Shown piece after piece: positions 50,510 through 64,000 of a stretch of DNA of 64,000 bases (position 1 is its first letter; each line of letters starts with the position of its first letter). The DNA is from Macrostomum lignano (taxonomy: Eukaryota). Made by a program: the position numbers and the translations under genes. The DNA is taken from assembly GCA_002269645.1 (NCBI GenBank), contig NIVC01000413.1, positions 372,001-436,000 on the forward strand. The letters are read 5' to 3'. The notes under the pieces are model-generated. The model saw nothing but the letters and a program-made list of their open reading frames with translations. It had not been told where the DNA came from and did no database searches.

Positions 50510-53500
50510 TCAATCAAAGGTGACGGTAGGGTTTTCGCCCCAAGCCGGAGCCGGCTGATTTGGCGGCAGCAGGTTCGGCTGGTTTGGCGCCACCTCGCGA
50601 GGCTGCTGCTGCTTGCTAGACACGTTGAACACCTGCGAGGAGCGAACAATGTGCAGCGGCGAGGACATGAACTCCTCGGCCGGGACCACCACCAGTCGAA
50701 CGGTGTTGGTCTGGCCGGCGTGCCAGCCGGTGCAGATGACGACCCGTTCGCCGGGTTTAACAAATTTGGAGCGAACGGCAAATTGCAGAGTGTGCGTGAT
50801 CCGCCGGTCCATGTCCTCAGACCAGTCGTCGCATTTTTCCTCTAGAAATTTTTCAGGGATCGGCAATGTTGGAATAATACTGCTAGTTTTTAAGTAGTAG
50901 TATATCATGTACAGGGAAAAATCTCTTTTAGTGGGGTTTTTAGTGTAGACCAATCTATGGGGCGTGGGAGCTCTTTAAAATAGAGGCTATAGGGTGTGAG
51001 ATCTCTATAGGAGGCGAATCTATGGGATGTGGGATCTCTATAGGAGGCGAATCTATGGGATTTTGGGATCTCTATAGGGGGCGAATCTATGGGATGTGGG
51101 ATCTCTTTAGGGGGCGAATCTATGGGATGTGGGATCTCTTTAGGGGGCGAATCTATGGGGTGTGGGATCTCTATAGGAGGCGAATCTATGGGGTGTGGGA
51201 TCTCTTTAGGAGGCGAATCTATGGGGTGTGGGATCTCTATAGGAGGCGAATCTATGGGGTGTGGGATCTCTTTAGGGGGCGAATCTATGGGGTGTGGGAT
51301 CTCTATAGGAGGCGAATCTATGGGATGTGGGATCTCTTTAGGAGGCGAATCTATGGGGTGTGGGATCTCTTTAGGAGGCGAACTTCATATAAATTGTTAA
51401 AAGTTTTTTCTGCTTAGCTTACTGAACATAAACTACTGAGCTACTAACAGTAGTTTTATCAACATAAAAATTATATCAATTTACCAGAAAAATACACCGG
51501 ACGCAGGCCCCGATACAGGTGACACTGCCGAGCTACGGACATCTGCCTGGTGACAGTCAGAATCGGACAAGGCGGTCGGTAACTAGCCACAGCGAATGCG
51601 GTCTTGCCCGTAGTTGTAACCACAATGATCGCGGCAGCTCCGTTAGTCATAGCGGCGCTGACGGCCGCAGTAGCCGAGGTGAAAGTTTCAATTTGCTCGT
51701 CTTTTGGACCCATGGCAGCCAGGCGGACGGCTTCGATACGCTTTAGGTCGACAAATTTGCGGCCGTGATAGTAGGCCGACTCGGCCTCTTGACACACCTG
51801 CGGAGTAGATGGCGGAGTGAGATTAGACCTGGGAGAGAGTGAGAAAAACTAAGAGAGAGTGAGTGAGATAGATCAGGGTGAGATATGGAAATAGATCAGG
51901 GGTGAGAGGGAGATACATCAGGGAGGGAGTGAGATAGATCAGGCAGGGATTGAGATAGATCAGGCAGGGAGTGAGTGAGATAGATCAGGCAGGGATTGAG
52001 ATAGATCAGGCAGGAAGTGAGTGAGATAGATCAGGCAGGGAGTGAGATAGATCAGGCAGGGAGTGAGATAGATCAGACAGGGAGTGAGATAGATCAGACA
52101 GGGAGTGAGTGAGATAGATCAGGCAGGGATTGAGATAGATCAGGCAGGGAGTGAGTGAGATAGATCAGACAGGGAGTGAGATAGATCAGGCAGGGAGTGA
52201 GTGAGATAGATCAGGCAGGGATTGAGATAGATCAGGCAGGGAGTGAGTGAGATAGATCAGACAGTGAGTGAGATAGATCAGGCAGGGAGTGAGTGAGATA
52301 GATCAGGCAGGGATTGAGATAGATCAGACAGGGAGTGAGTGAGATAGATCAGGCAGGGATTGAGATAGATCAGGCAGGGAGTGAGTGAGATAGATCAGAC
52401 AGGGAGTGAGATAGATCAGGCAGGGAGTGAGTGAGATAGATCAGGCAGGGATTGAGATAGATCAGGCAGGGAGTGAGTGAGATAGATCAGACAGTGAGTG
52501 AGATAGATCAGGCAGGGAGTGAGTGAGATAGATCAGGCAGGGATTGAGATAGATCAGGCAGGGAGTGAGATAGATCAGACAGGGAGTGAGATAGATCAGG
52601 CAGGGAGTGAGTGAGATAGATCAGGCAGGGAGTGAGTGAGATAGATCAGGCAGGGAGTGAGATAGATCAGGCAGGGAGTGAGTGAGATAGATCAGGCAAG
52701 GAGTGAGATAGATCAGGCAGAGTGAGATAGATTGGACAGAGAGTGAGATAGATCAGGCAGAGAGTGAGACAGATCAGATAGAAAGTGAGATAGATCAGAC
52801 AGAGAGCGAGATAGATCTGACAGAGATAGATCAGACAGAGTGAGATAGATCAGGCAGAGTGAGATGATAGATCAGACAGAGATAGATCAGGCAGAGAGTG
52901 AGATAGATCAGAGTGAGATAGATCAGCAACCAACTCCCCAAAAGGTCGTGACCCCACACTGCAACTATTTACTCTGATTAGGCAAATTGGTTAACTATTA
53001 AAAATTCAATTAAAACAGAAAAGCACCCAGACTATAGTACCAAACAGTAGTAGGAGTATTAGAAAATTCAATTACACCGACAAAATATCCCTCTATTGCA
53101 TACAATCTACTGAGCAAGCTAGTCCCAGTTCGGTAGGCTGGGATAATACTATTGCGAACCCGCAGAAATGATTACTTTCTCCCGCTGATAAAAGATGCCA
53201 CGGAAGAAGAGGCCGGGAAATTGCAAAGGAGAGAGCGTGGTCAGAATGCTTTATCATGCAGCAGCCCTGCCTAGGCCAAAATAATTGATGCTGATTCAGA
53301 ATTAGTTAGACTTTATATAATTACACATATATATTATATATAGGCAAAGTAGAAAGTGTACACCTTCATCTTTGAAACCAGTCTTGCTTTCATAAATGTA
53401 TAAACTAACACTGCTAGTCTGATATACATCGACCTCCGACACAACATAAATTGCAAACACATTGACGATGTACTGACCACCCACAAAAGGTTATAGACCA

Positions 53501-56500
53501 CCATATTAGAGCGATACAGATCACCGACATATTAGAGCGACACATAGATCACCGACATATTATAGTAACACATTGACCACCGACACACTAGAGCGACACA
53601 TAGATCACCGACACACTAGAGCGACACACACTGACACATCAAAACGACACATAGACCACCGACACATTAAAGCGACACATAGATCACCGACATACTAGAG
53701 CGACACATAGATCACCGACACATCAAAGCGACACATAGACCACCGACATACTAGAGCGACACATAGACCACCGACACATAGATCACCGACATACTAGAGC
53801 GACACATAGATCACCGACACATCAAAGCGACACATAGACCACCGACACATTAAAGCGACACATAGACCACCGACGCATTAAAGCGACACATAGATCACCG
53901 ACACATTAAAGCGACACATAGATCACCGACACAATAAAGCGACACATAGATCACCGACACATTAAAGCGACACATAGATCACCGACATACTAGAGCGACA
54001 CATAGACCACCGACACATTAAAGCGACACATAGATCACCGACATACTAGAGCGACACATAGATCACCGACACATCAAAGCGACACATAGACCACCGACAC
54101 ATTAAAGCGACACATAGATCACCGACATACTAGAGCGACACATAGATCACCGACACATCAAAGCGACACATAGACCACCGACACATTAAAGCGACACATA
54201 GATCACCGACACATCAAAGCGACACATAGATCACCGACACATCAAAGCGACACATAGATCACCGACAAATTAAAGCGACACATAGATCACCGACACATTA
54301 AAGCGACACATAGATCACCGACACATTAAAGCGACACATAGATCACCGACACATTAAAGCGACACATATATCACCGACGCACTAGAGCGACACATAGATC
54401 ACCGACACATTAAAGCGACACATAGATCACCGACACATTAAAGCGACACATAGATCACCGACACATTAAAGCGACACATATATCACCGACGCACTAGAGC
54501 GACACATAGATCACCGACACATCAAAGCGACACATAGACCACCGACACATTAAAGCGACACATAGATCACCGACACATCAAAGCGACACATAGATCACCG
54601 ACACATTAAAGCGACACATAGACCACCGACACATTAAAGCGACACATAGACCACCGACACATTAAAGCGACATATATATCACCGAAAGCAGCACAGTTAA
54701 CTACACGCTCACCTGAACCATGACCTGCAGAGTCTCCAATGGAAAAGCGCCTTTGGCGGTCTCCACGCCGAGTGCCAACACGTCCGCGCCGTCAAGCACA
54801 GCGTTCGCTACGTCGGAGACTTCGGCGCGGGTGGCGCGCGGCTTATGCCGCATCGAGTCCAACATTTGGGCGGCAACCACTGCAGGCTTTTTAGCCGCAT
54901 TGGCGTGCGCAATCACGGATTTCTGGGCTAGGAATACTTTCTCAATTGGCAGGTTGCGGCCGAGCTCGCCGCGGTCCACAAACACTCCGTCGGCTACGGA
55001 TATAATATCGGCGAGGCTGATGGGGCGAGGGGATAAATGTCAGTTAGGGATTTATTATATAACCTTACCCCCCGTGCATTCCTTTCAGATCTTCTATTCC
55101 TGCCTTTCTCTGTCAGCCAATGGTAGAAGAGGCTGCTGGGTCTAGCTGCATCACAGATTAGGAATGAGGGCTAAACTATATATAGAGTGAAGGACTGACG
55201 CCATCATGTTCAAACTGAAGATTGCCATTTTTGTCTATTCTTGAAAATGAGACTCTCTGCTTTGAAAGTAATTTCAGTTAGCTGTTGTTCACAAAGTACC
55301 GTACTACCATTTTTGAAAGAGAGGTGCCATTTTCGAAGGAAGAGTTGCCATTTTTGAAGGGAGACTTGCCAGTTTCAAAGGATGAGTTGCTACTTTTGAA
55401 GGGAGAGGTGCCATTTTAAAGTAGAGGTGTCATCTTTGAAGGGACACGTGCCATTTTTAATAGAGAGGTGCCATATTTGAAGGAGATGCCATTTTCGAAG
55501 GAAGAGTTGCCATTTTAGAAGGGAGAGGTGCCATTTTTAAAAAGAGATATGCTATTTTTGAAAGAGATGCCATTTTCAAAGGAAAAGTTGCCATTTTTGA
55601 AGGGAGGGGTGCCATTTTTAAAGGAGAGGTGCCATCTTTGAAACAGAAGTGCCATTTCTGAAGGGCGAGGTGCCAGTTTTGAAGGAGACGTACCATTTTT
55701 TATTGAGTGCCATTAATAAAGGAAGAGATGTCACTTTATTGAATGCCATTTTTGTTAATAAGTGCCACTTATGAAAAGAGCGGTGCCATTTTTGTTCAGT
55801 GCCATTTTTGAAGGGAAATGTGACATTTCAGATTAAAAAACTGCCGCATTAAGCGTTGATTTAAGTTCGATTCTACGATTCTAAAATTCCATTAAGCATT
55901 AATCAAAATATGTACTTTTAGTTTTCTTGTAACTAAAACACCCAGTATCTCACTTCTTCAAGCCGTCCGAAGACTCGATGCGAGCCAGAACTTTCGTGTT
56001 CAGCGAGAAGGGGCCCAGCACTTTTCGAATTTGAGTGATGGCCAGTCCCGACTCTGCGAAGCCGCAGCAGACAATGTCCACCTGTGGAGATTCAAATAAT
56101 TTGGTGGGGAATGTACTTCATGGTGATGCTAGGCGGGGAATGTACATTGTGGGGTGGGTGATGCTAGGCGGGTAATGTACATTGTGGGGTGGGTGATGCT
56201 ACGCGGGGTGAGCGGGGCACTTATATTAGAGACGTATGCACATTGTGCGATTGTAATGTTTGGCGGGGAATGCGAGTCTCAGTTGTGGGATGTTGGGTGA
56301 GGTAAGAAAATACTCTAAAAAGGAGTTCACTAAAGGAAAATTGGCGCTCGAAAATATACGAGAGTAAAGAGACCAAAAAGAACATGATAAGCTATTATAT
56401 AACAACTTGCTCGAAATCGCAAGAGAGCGCTATGCTTCAATACATTATATGCAATAATTCGCTTATCTAGATTCCATTTTCGTAGTTAACCATGAAGTTT

Positions 56501-59500
56501 TCCATCGAGTAATTACAGTGTTACGCAATAAGATAAGAGATACTTCAAACACAGAACTCGGCAATGATTAGACTAACGAGGGGTTGCCAACGTGTAAGCC
56601 TATTTAGCTCGTAAATTCAATTATGCATACAAAAAGCTGTAAACCGGGTGTAACTCGTAGGCCCCCAAATTATGGGTGAGATATAAAGGGATAGTTAGAT
56701 GGGCCAGCAACTGAGGATCTGGGAGGCTGGCCCAGCAACTGAGGATCTGGGAGGCTGGCCCAGCAACTGAGGATCTGGGAGGCTGGCCCAACAACTGAGA
56801 ATCTGAGAGGCTGGCCCAGCAACTGAGGATCTGGGAGGCTGGCCCAGCAACTGAGGATCTGGGAGGCTGGCCCAGCAGCTAAGGATCTGAGAGGCTGGCC
56901 CAGCAACTGAGGATCTGGGAGGCTGGCCCAGCAGCTAAGGATCTGAGAGGCTGGCCCAGCAACTGAGGATCTGGGAGGCTGGCCCAGCAACTGAGGATCT
57001 GGGAGGCTGGCCCAGCAGCTAAGGATCTGAGAGGCTGGCCCAGCAACTGAGGATCTAGGAGGCTGGCCCAGCAACTGAGGATCTGGGAGGCTGGCCCAGC
57101 AACTGAGGATCTGGGAGGCTGGCCCAGCAACTGAGGATCTAGGAGGCTGGCCCAGCAACTGAGGATCTGGGAGGCTGGCCCAGCAACTGAGGATCTAGGA
57201 GGCTGGCCCAGCAACTGAGGATCTGGGAGGCTGGCCCAGCAATTGCGGATCTGGGAGGCTGGCCCAGCAACTGAGGATCTGGGAGGCTGGCCCAGCAACT
57301 GAGGATCTGGGAGGCTGGCCCAGCAATTGCGGATCTGGGAGGCTGGCACAGCAACTAAGATAAATTTCAGAAATTATTCTAAAGGGACCTAGGGAGCGAA
57401 ATGATTATAAATATATAAAGAATGTGGCCCAAGGACAGATAAATTAAAAAAAGAATCTTGCTCGCAAAATAATACTAATGGATACGTGAAGTAGGCATAG
57501 ATAAAAATCTTGAAATTACAGAATAGCTTGCAGTTATTCCGCCATAGCAGTAAGAGATGATATATATTTCATATGCATACAACAGGGTATAGGTTTCATG
57601 TACTTTTAATAAATACAAACAGACGTCCGAATACTGTAAGGATGAAGGCAGCACAGAAATGGACGAAATACACTGGAGGCAGATGGTAAGCGGCAGAGAT
57701 TAAGGCAGGCGGATGCGGTGATTAGAAAATGCGCAGAGACGGATCCCGTGGCAATAAGGGGAATTAAACAGATTAAAGGCAGCTTATGCGCCACATACTG
57801 CCTAGTTGTGAAGTCACTCTGTTGGTAACCATCAGCTCACTCTATAGACAACCATCAGGTCACTCTATGGGTAATCATCAGGTCACTCTATGGGTAATCA
57901 TCAGGTCACTCTATGGGTAATCATCAGGTCACTCTATGGGTAATCATCAGGTCACTCTATGGGTAATCATCAGGTCACTCTATGGGTAATCATCAGGTCA
58001 CTCTATAGGTAATCATCAGGTCACTCTATGGGTAATCATCAGGTCACTCTATGGGTAATCATCAGGTCACTCTATAGGTAATCATCAGGTCACTCTATAG
58101 GCAACCATCAGGTCACTCTATGGGTAATCATCAGCTCACTCTATAGGCAACCATCAGGTCACTCTATGGGTAATCATCAGGTCACTCTATGGGTAATCAT
58201 CAGGTCACTCTATGGGTAATCATCAGGTCACTCTATGGGTAATCATTAGGTCACTCTATGGGTAATCATCAGGTCACTCTATAGGCAACCATCAGGTCAC
58301 TCTATGGGCAACCATCAGGTCACTCTATAGGTAATCATCAGGTCACTCTATAGGTAATCATCAGGTCACTCTATAGGCAACCATCAGCTCACTCTATGGG
58401 CAACCATCAGGTCACTCTATGGGCAACCATCAGGTCACTCTATAGGTAATCATCAGGTCACTCTATGGGCAACCATCAGGTCACTCTATAGACAACCATC
58501 AGGTCACTCTATAGGTAATCATCAGGTCACTCTTTAGGTAATCATCAGGTCACTCCATAGGTAATCTGATTATGATTACCTAAGTGACCTGATGATATGA
58601 TTACCTATCATCAGGTCACTCTACATGTATAGGCAACTATCAGGTCACTCTATAGGATACAATCAGGTACTACGAGCGTAGTACTAGTGTGCCTACTAGT
58701 AATCATAACCCATGTAATTTCGTTATACTATATTCTAAAATATTTTACCACTGTAATCAATGAGATATATCTTCGTGGCAAGTTAGCAAATGACGTCAAT
58801 CAATTGCAATAATTATATATCCCCGGTTGGCCATTCCGTGACTCCTCAAACTAGGAAAAAACTTTTTTTTCCTGTCGAGTTGGGAAATTGCCGGGACTGT
58901 ATTAATCTAATTAACTCAGCACTGGCCATAATAATAATAGAATGCTAATATAAATCATATTGATCTGAGTGCGTGAACTGTATGGATGCTTAGAGATGAT
59001 ATAGAATGGGATAGAGATAGAGAGGTAGAGATAGAAGGGGATAGAGATAGAGAGGTAGAGATAGAAGGGGATAGAGATAGAGAGGTAGAGATAGAAGGGG
59101 ATAGAGATAGAGAGGTAGAGATAGAAGGGGATAGAGATAGAGAGGTAGAGATAGAAGGGGATAGAGATAGAGAGATAGAGATAGGATAGGATAGAGATAG
59201 AGATAGAGGTAGAGATAGAATGGGATAGAGATAGAGGTAGAGATAGAATGGGATAGAGATAGAGATAGAGGTAGAGATAGAATTGGATAGGGATAGAGGT
59301 AGAGATAGAAGGGGATAGAGATAGAGAGATAGAGATAGGATGGGATAGAGATAGAGATAGAGGTAGAGATAGGATGGGATAGAGAGAGATAGAGGTAGAG
59401 ATAGAATGGGATAGAGATAGAGATAGAGGTAGAGATAGAATTGGATAGGGATAGAGGTAGAGATAGAAGGGGATAGAGATAGAGAGATAGAGATAGGATG

Positions 59501-62500
59501 GGATAGAGATAGAGATAGAGGTAGAGATAGAATGGGATAGAGATAGAGATAGAGGTAGAGATAGAATGGGATAGAGATAGAGGTAGAGATAGAATGGGAT
59601 AGAGATAGAGATATAGGTAGATATAGAAGGGGATAGAGATAGAAGGAGATAGAGATAGAGAGATAGAGATAGAATAGGATAGAGATAGAGGTAGAGATAG
59701 AATGGGATAGAGATAGAGATATAGGTAGATATAGAATTGGATAGGGATAGAGGTAGATATAGAAGGGGATAGAGATAGAAGGAGATAGAGATAGAGAGAT
59801 TGAGATAGAATAGGATAGAGATAGAGATAGAGGTAGAGATAGATTGGGATAGAGATAGAGATAGAGGTAGAGATAGAATGGGATAGAGATAGAGGTAGAG
59901 ATAGAATGAGATATAGGTAGAGAGGTAGAAATACAATGGGATGTAGGTAGAAAGGTAGAGACAGAATGCCTGTACCTGATTCTCCACCGCGAAAAGCAGA
60001 TCCTGTTTGTACTTCTCAGCCACAGCGTATCGATATTCGGCCATCCTGGGCAGCCGGACAACACGAGAGCTCTGCAGAATGCCGCCCTGCTCAACTAGGC
60101 AGCGAATGCTTCCAGTTAGGGACGCTGAAAATAGGAAATCAGATTAGAATCAGGGATTAATGAGCTGCAGCATATTGCCTTTTTATTACAGCTGGAAGCC
60201 TGTTTCTTGGAAAAATATGTCATATGATATATAAGACATCGACACGAGGCACTGAAGAAACTCTACTGCATTCGTACACATCATGCTAATGATGTAGCAT
60301 TTCTCGTAAACTAATTTTCGTTTACATGAATGAATGAAATTTGAAGAAAAATAAATCAATTAAACTGCGTTACACTCAGGGCACGAGTGAAGTCAAACTG
60401 CAATGGATGCACGCTACATACTACTGAGAATATATCTTACATTCATAATTTATGCATAGTTTGCGGCATGCGTTGTTCAATATTGATAACAAATTAAAAA
60501 TGATTCTTTCAGACTACAATCAATTTATTACCTACTTATTATCAATCAATCAATCAATGTAAATCAATTTAGCACAAGTAGTATGTATTCATTTTCAAAA
60601 CATTTTTATTTCCATTTATCACAAACCTGAAGGACGACTTGGTGAATAGTTGGTGAAGCCTGCGATTATGATATTTCATTAGTTTGCCTTTTGCTTTGCT
60701 TTTAAAATTAACAAGTGCTGAGTTATAAACAAAGTAAATAATAACGTATTATATTTCAGCTATTGCGCGGCGCATCTGAAGGCTACGTACGGCTGTTCAG
60801 TCCAAAGACAGGGGGGGTCGCCACCCTCAATTACCCCAGCTAATGCTGGCACCCATTTTACAGCTGGGTGAACTGAAGCAATGCAGAGTTAAGTGTCCTG
60901 CTCAAACGACACAAATTGTTCCGAGTTGGAGCAGGAATTGAACCCCCGACCTTCAAGTAGAGTCCGACGCTCTAACCACTAGGCTAAAACCACTTTAAAT
61001 ATAATTGAAAGAGTAGAGTAACAGTGTTTAACACATACTGATACAATTATAAACAATTTTTTGAAGATTAAGTGATAGTAAATACACAAAGACTTTCTAA
61101 TCGTTAGGCACATACACTCTAAATTTCTCACCTTTCTCCCGAGCAATCAGCATCACTGTGCCGTCATCAATATCGATCCTATCGCCAACATTGATAGCGT
61201 GAAAAGATTTACGCCAATAGGCGGTATCGATGTACAGGTGCTCGGCTGTGCAGTCGTCTTTGTAGGCTTCATCAACTGTGATGGTGACGAATTCGCCTTC
61301 AGAGACTTTGAACGAGCCGTTGACAGCGCCGCTAACCTGTCCGGTACGCAGGGTTGGCGCGGTGATGTCCACGGCCACGGCCACCATGTAGGAGTCCATG
61401 GACTCCGAGTTCAGTTTGGCCTCTTCGGCGCGTACAGTTTTGATGAGTTGTGAGCAGTACTGCAGGCGGGAAAGATGGGGTTGGCTTTCTAGTGTCATTT
61501 AATATTGGCTTTTATTACTATAGAATTATTGAAACTATGACCAGATGAGCCTCAAGTCACTTTAAAGTAACTACGAAATTATGAGGTTACTCGGTAGGTA
61601 ACCATCAGGTAAACTCATCAGGTGATCATCAGGTCACTCTATAGTTGACCATCATGTCACTCTATATGTAAACATCATGTCACTCTATAGTTAACCATAA
61701 GGTCACTCCGTAGGCAACCATCATGCCACTCTATAGATAACCATCAGGTCGCTCTATAGGCAACCATCAGGTCACTCTAAAGTTGACCATCAGGTCACTC
61801 TAAAGTTGACCATCAGGTCACTCTAAAGTTGACCATCAGGTCACTCTAAAGTTGACCATCAGGTCACTCTAAAGTTGACCATCAGGTCACTCTAAAGTTG
61901 ACCATCAGGTCACTCTATAGTTGACCATCAGGTCACTCTATAGTTGACCATCAGGTCACTCTATAGTTTACCATCAGGTCACTCTATAGTTGATCATCAG
62001 GTTACTCTATAGTTGACCATCAGGTCACTCTATAGTTGACCATCAGGTCACTCTATAGTTGACCATCAGGTCACTCTATAGTTGACCATCAGGTCACTCT
62101 ATAGTTGATCATCAGGTCACTTTATAGTTGATCATCAGGTCACTCTATAGATAACCATCAGGTCACTCTATAAGTAACCATTTAGGTCACTATATAGGTT
62201 TTAGGTAACCATCGAGTCACTCTAGACTTAATCATCAGATCACTACATCAGGACATTAGGACAGGTAATCCAGAATCACCCCCAAAGCTCACCTTGTAGG
62301 AGCCGAGCGTCAGGTTAATGCGGGCAATATTCATACCCCGCACAATCATACGACGAATCATTTCAGGCGTTTCGCAAGACGGTCCTTAAAACGAATAAGA
62401 AAATAAATTCACATATAGATCGAAGAAAAATATCTCAACATACTACTGAATCATGGCTGATTAAGTAGCATAGTAAGTAGCATACGGGAGTTAAAAATAA

Positions 62501-63912
62501 CCAGCCTGAATATAGTAGGAAAACCTGTAGAAAGTTTGGAAGCCGGCCAGAAAAAAATTCCAGAAACCGAACTGGAACTGTGCCGGGATTTTGCTGCCCA
62601 GTCTTTCCGCCCGCAACATTGGGAAGAATGCAGTTGGGGATAAATTAAGGGACTGAACGAAGATGGGAAACGCGAGCGTGCAAGAGCGTACGTATTATCA
62701 TTTCACCCAAAAGTTGGCCTACAAGGGCGGTTACCGATCCCTTTCCCATCCTAGCACAGCAGTGCAAACTCCAAGCCGGCGATATATCAAGTATTATAAT
62801 CTTAATAAATCAATTCTGACAATATAATAGAAAGCATTGAAAAAATACATTCACAAGCACGATTAGAAATCGTTCGTCAAAAAATGATATTAGTAAATAT
62901 TTTATATCGAATATAGAATTTCTGTTAGCATAGGAAATAGAAAATGTAGAACATTTATTCTTTACTTTGCTAGTTATAATACTAGTACAGTCAGATACTA
63001 TAGACTTTATCTTAGACATTTAGTAAATGCTGATTGGTTGCTCAGTAAATTATATAGATTAAAAGTTCGCTGACACAATATTTATTTTCCTGACACCCTC
63101 TTCCATTACCTGACACCTCATTCGTTTCCCTGACGTACCCTCTCCTATTCCCTGACATCCTATTAATTTACCTGACACCCTGTTCGTTTCCCTGACACCC
63201 TGTTCGTTTCCCAGACACCCTATTCATTTCCCTGACACCCTATTCCTTTACCAGACACCTCATTCGTTTCCCTGACGTACCCTCTCCTATTCCCTGACAT
63301 CCTATTAATTTACCTGACACCCTGTTCGTTTCCCTGACACCCTGTTCGTTTCCCTGACACCCTGTTCGTTTCCCTGACACCCTGTTCGTTTCCCTGACAC
63401 CCTGTTCGTTTCCCAGACACCCTATTCATTTCCCTGACACCCTATTCCTTTACCAGACACCCTATTCCTTTACCAGACATCCTATTCATTTCCCTGACAC
63501 CCTATTCATTTCCCTGACACCCTATTCATTTCCCTGACACCCTATTCCTTTACCAGACACCCTATTCCTTTACCGGACATCCTATTCATTTCCCTGACAC
63601 TCTATTCCTTTACCAGACATCCTCTTCATTTACCAGACACCCTATTGATTTAGCAGACAACCTATTGATTTCCCTGACATCATATTATTCATTTCTCAAC
63701 ACTGATATAGACTCACCCAGCGTGCACATGATGCCGGTGACGCGAGGATAAATTGGCAAATTATCGATGTCTAATCGGCACAGGTGAGTCAGCTGAGTCT
63801 CACGGCTGTGCATGATGCGCGACTGCGTGTTCATTCGATAGTAGCCGGGCATGGAGCTGCGGAGGGACACGGGGATAGATATGGGATGCGTGATTTGGGG
63901 AAGCATGAACAT
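50510..63912 (-). CDS. Divergent pyruvate-kinase-like protein (about 613 aa). Exons 63912-63717, 62384-62293, 61459-61132, 60124-59976, 56081-55954, 55016-54713, 51797-51485, 50841-50510
   Basis: [10 protein letters not shown]...[93 protein letters not shown] and TGW..TNT, in PK order. All seven junctions are consensus and phase-compatible (1,0,1,0,2,0,1). The start codon is uncertain. Confidence 0.92.
51015..51380 (+). repeat. 33-bp intronic minisatellite (GAATCTATGGGGTGTGGGATCTCTATAGGAGGC)
   Basis: Direct inspection; PK-like intron 7. Confidence 0.93.
51830..52925 (+). repeat. 21/25-bp purine-rich minisatellite (GAGATAGATCAGGCAGGGAGT)
   Basis: Direct inspection; PK-like intron 6. Confidence 0.93.
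53495..54685 (+). repeat. 28-bp minisatellite (GCGACACATAGATCACCGACACATTAAA)
   Basis: Direct inspection; PK-like intron 6. Confidence 0.93.
55310..55830 (+). repeat. Degenerate 21-bp repeat (GAGAGGTGCCATTTTTGAAGG)
   Basis: Direct inspection; PK-like intron 5. Confidence 0.85.
56700..57356 (+). repeat. 28-bp minisatellite (GGCTGGCCCAGCAACTGAGGATCTGGGA)
   Basis: Direct inspection; PK-like intron 4. Confidence 0.95.
57825..58665 (+). repeat. 23-bp minisatellite (ATCATCAGGTCACTCTATGGGTA)
   Basis: Direct inspection; PK-like intron 4. Confidence 0.93.
58990..59965 (+). repeat. (GATAGA)-based purine-rich compound satellite
   Basis: Direct inspection; abuts the donor of PK-like exon 4. Confidence 0.93.
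60765..60993 (-). mobile_element. tRNA-derived SINE (copy 4) in PK-like intron 3
   Basis: The reverse complement shows TAGCCTAGTGGTTAGAGCG, GGTTCAATTCC, the central domain and the same 3' region as copy 1. Confidence 0.82.
61600..62250 (+). repeat. 23-bp minisatellite (ACCATCAGGTCACTCTATAGTTG), same family as 57825-58665
   Basis: Direct inspection; PK-like intron 2. Confidence 0.92.
63090..63685 (+). repeat. 20-bp minisatellite (CCTGACACCCTATTCATTTC)
   Basis: Direct inspection; PK-like intron 1. Confidence 0.92.
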
Positions 63913-64000
63913 CTTGTCTGTCTGACTGTTTAAAGATTTTAGCACTATCTTTATATCTATCTCATTCTAACTCTACCTCTATCTCTATCCCATTCTATTT

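Overview
Eukaryotic (animal) genomic DNA with GT-AG introns, GC-rich exons and intron-specific micro/minisatellites. By inference only, the style resembles the free-living flatworm Macrostomum. Splice models were built by hand and checked for frame. Host genes: (1) two tandem paralogous five-exon genes for signal-peptide proteins with a degenerate C-type-lectin-like module, the first with a C-terminal TM helix; (2) a three-exon Mab-21/cGAS-like receptor (cGLR) nucleotidyltransferase with an apparently intact catalytic triad; (3) an ankyrin-repeat gene whose coding exon is split by a young Ty3/Gypsy LTR retrotransposon; (4) HMGXB4; (5) a second ankyrin-repeat gene; (6) an eight-exon pyruvate-kinase-like gene with an intact frame but many substituted catalytic residues and a retained FBP site, a candidate pseudoenzyme. 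Mobile elements: piggyBac relic, IS630/Tc1-type element with about 140-bp TIRs and DD30E spacing, hAT-type MITE, four copies of a tRNA-derived SINE, a LINE relic and a gag relic. Most long ORFs in the supplied track are tandem-repeat artefacts. No CRISPR arrays, rRNA or true tRNA genes were found.
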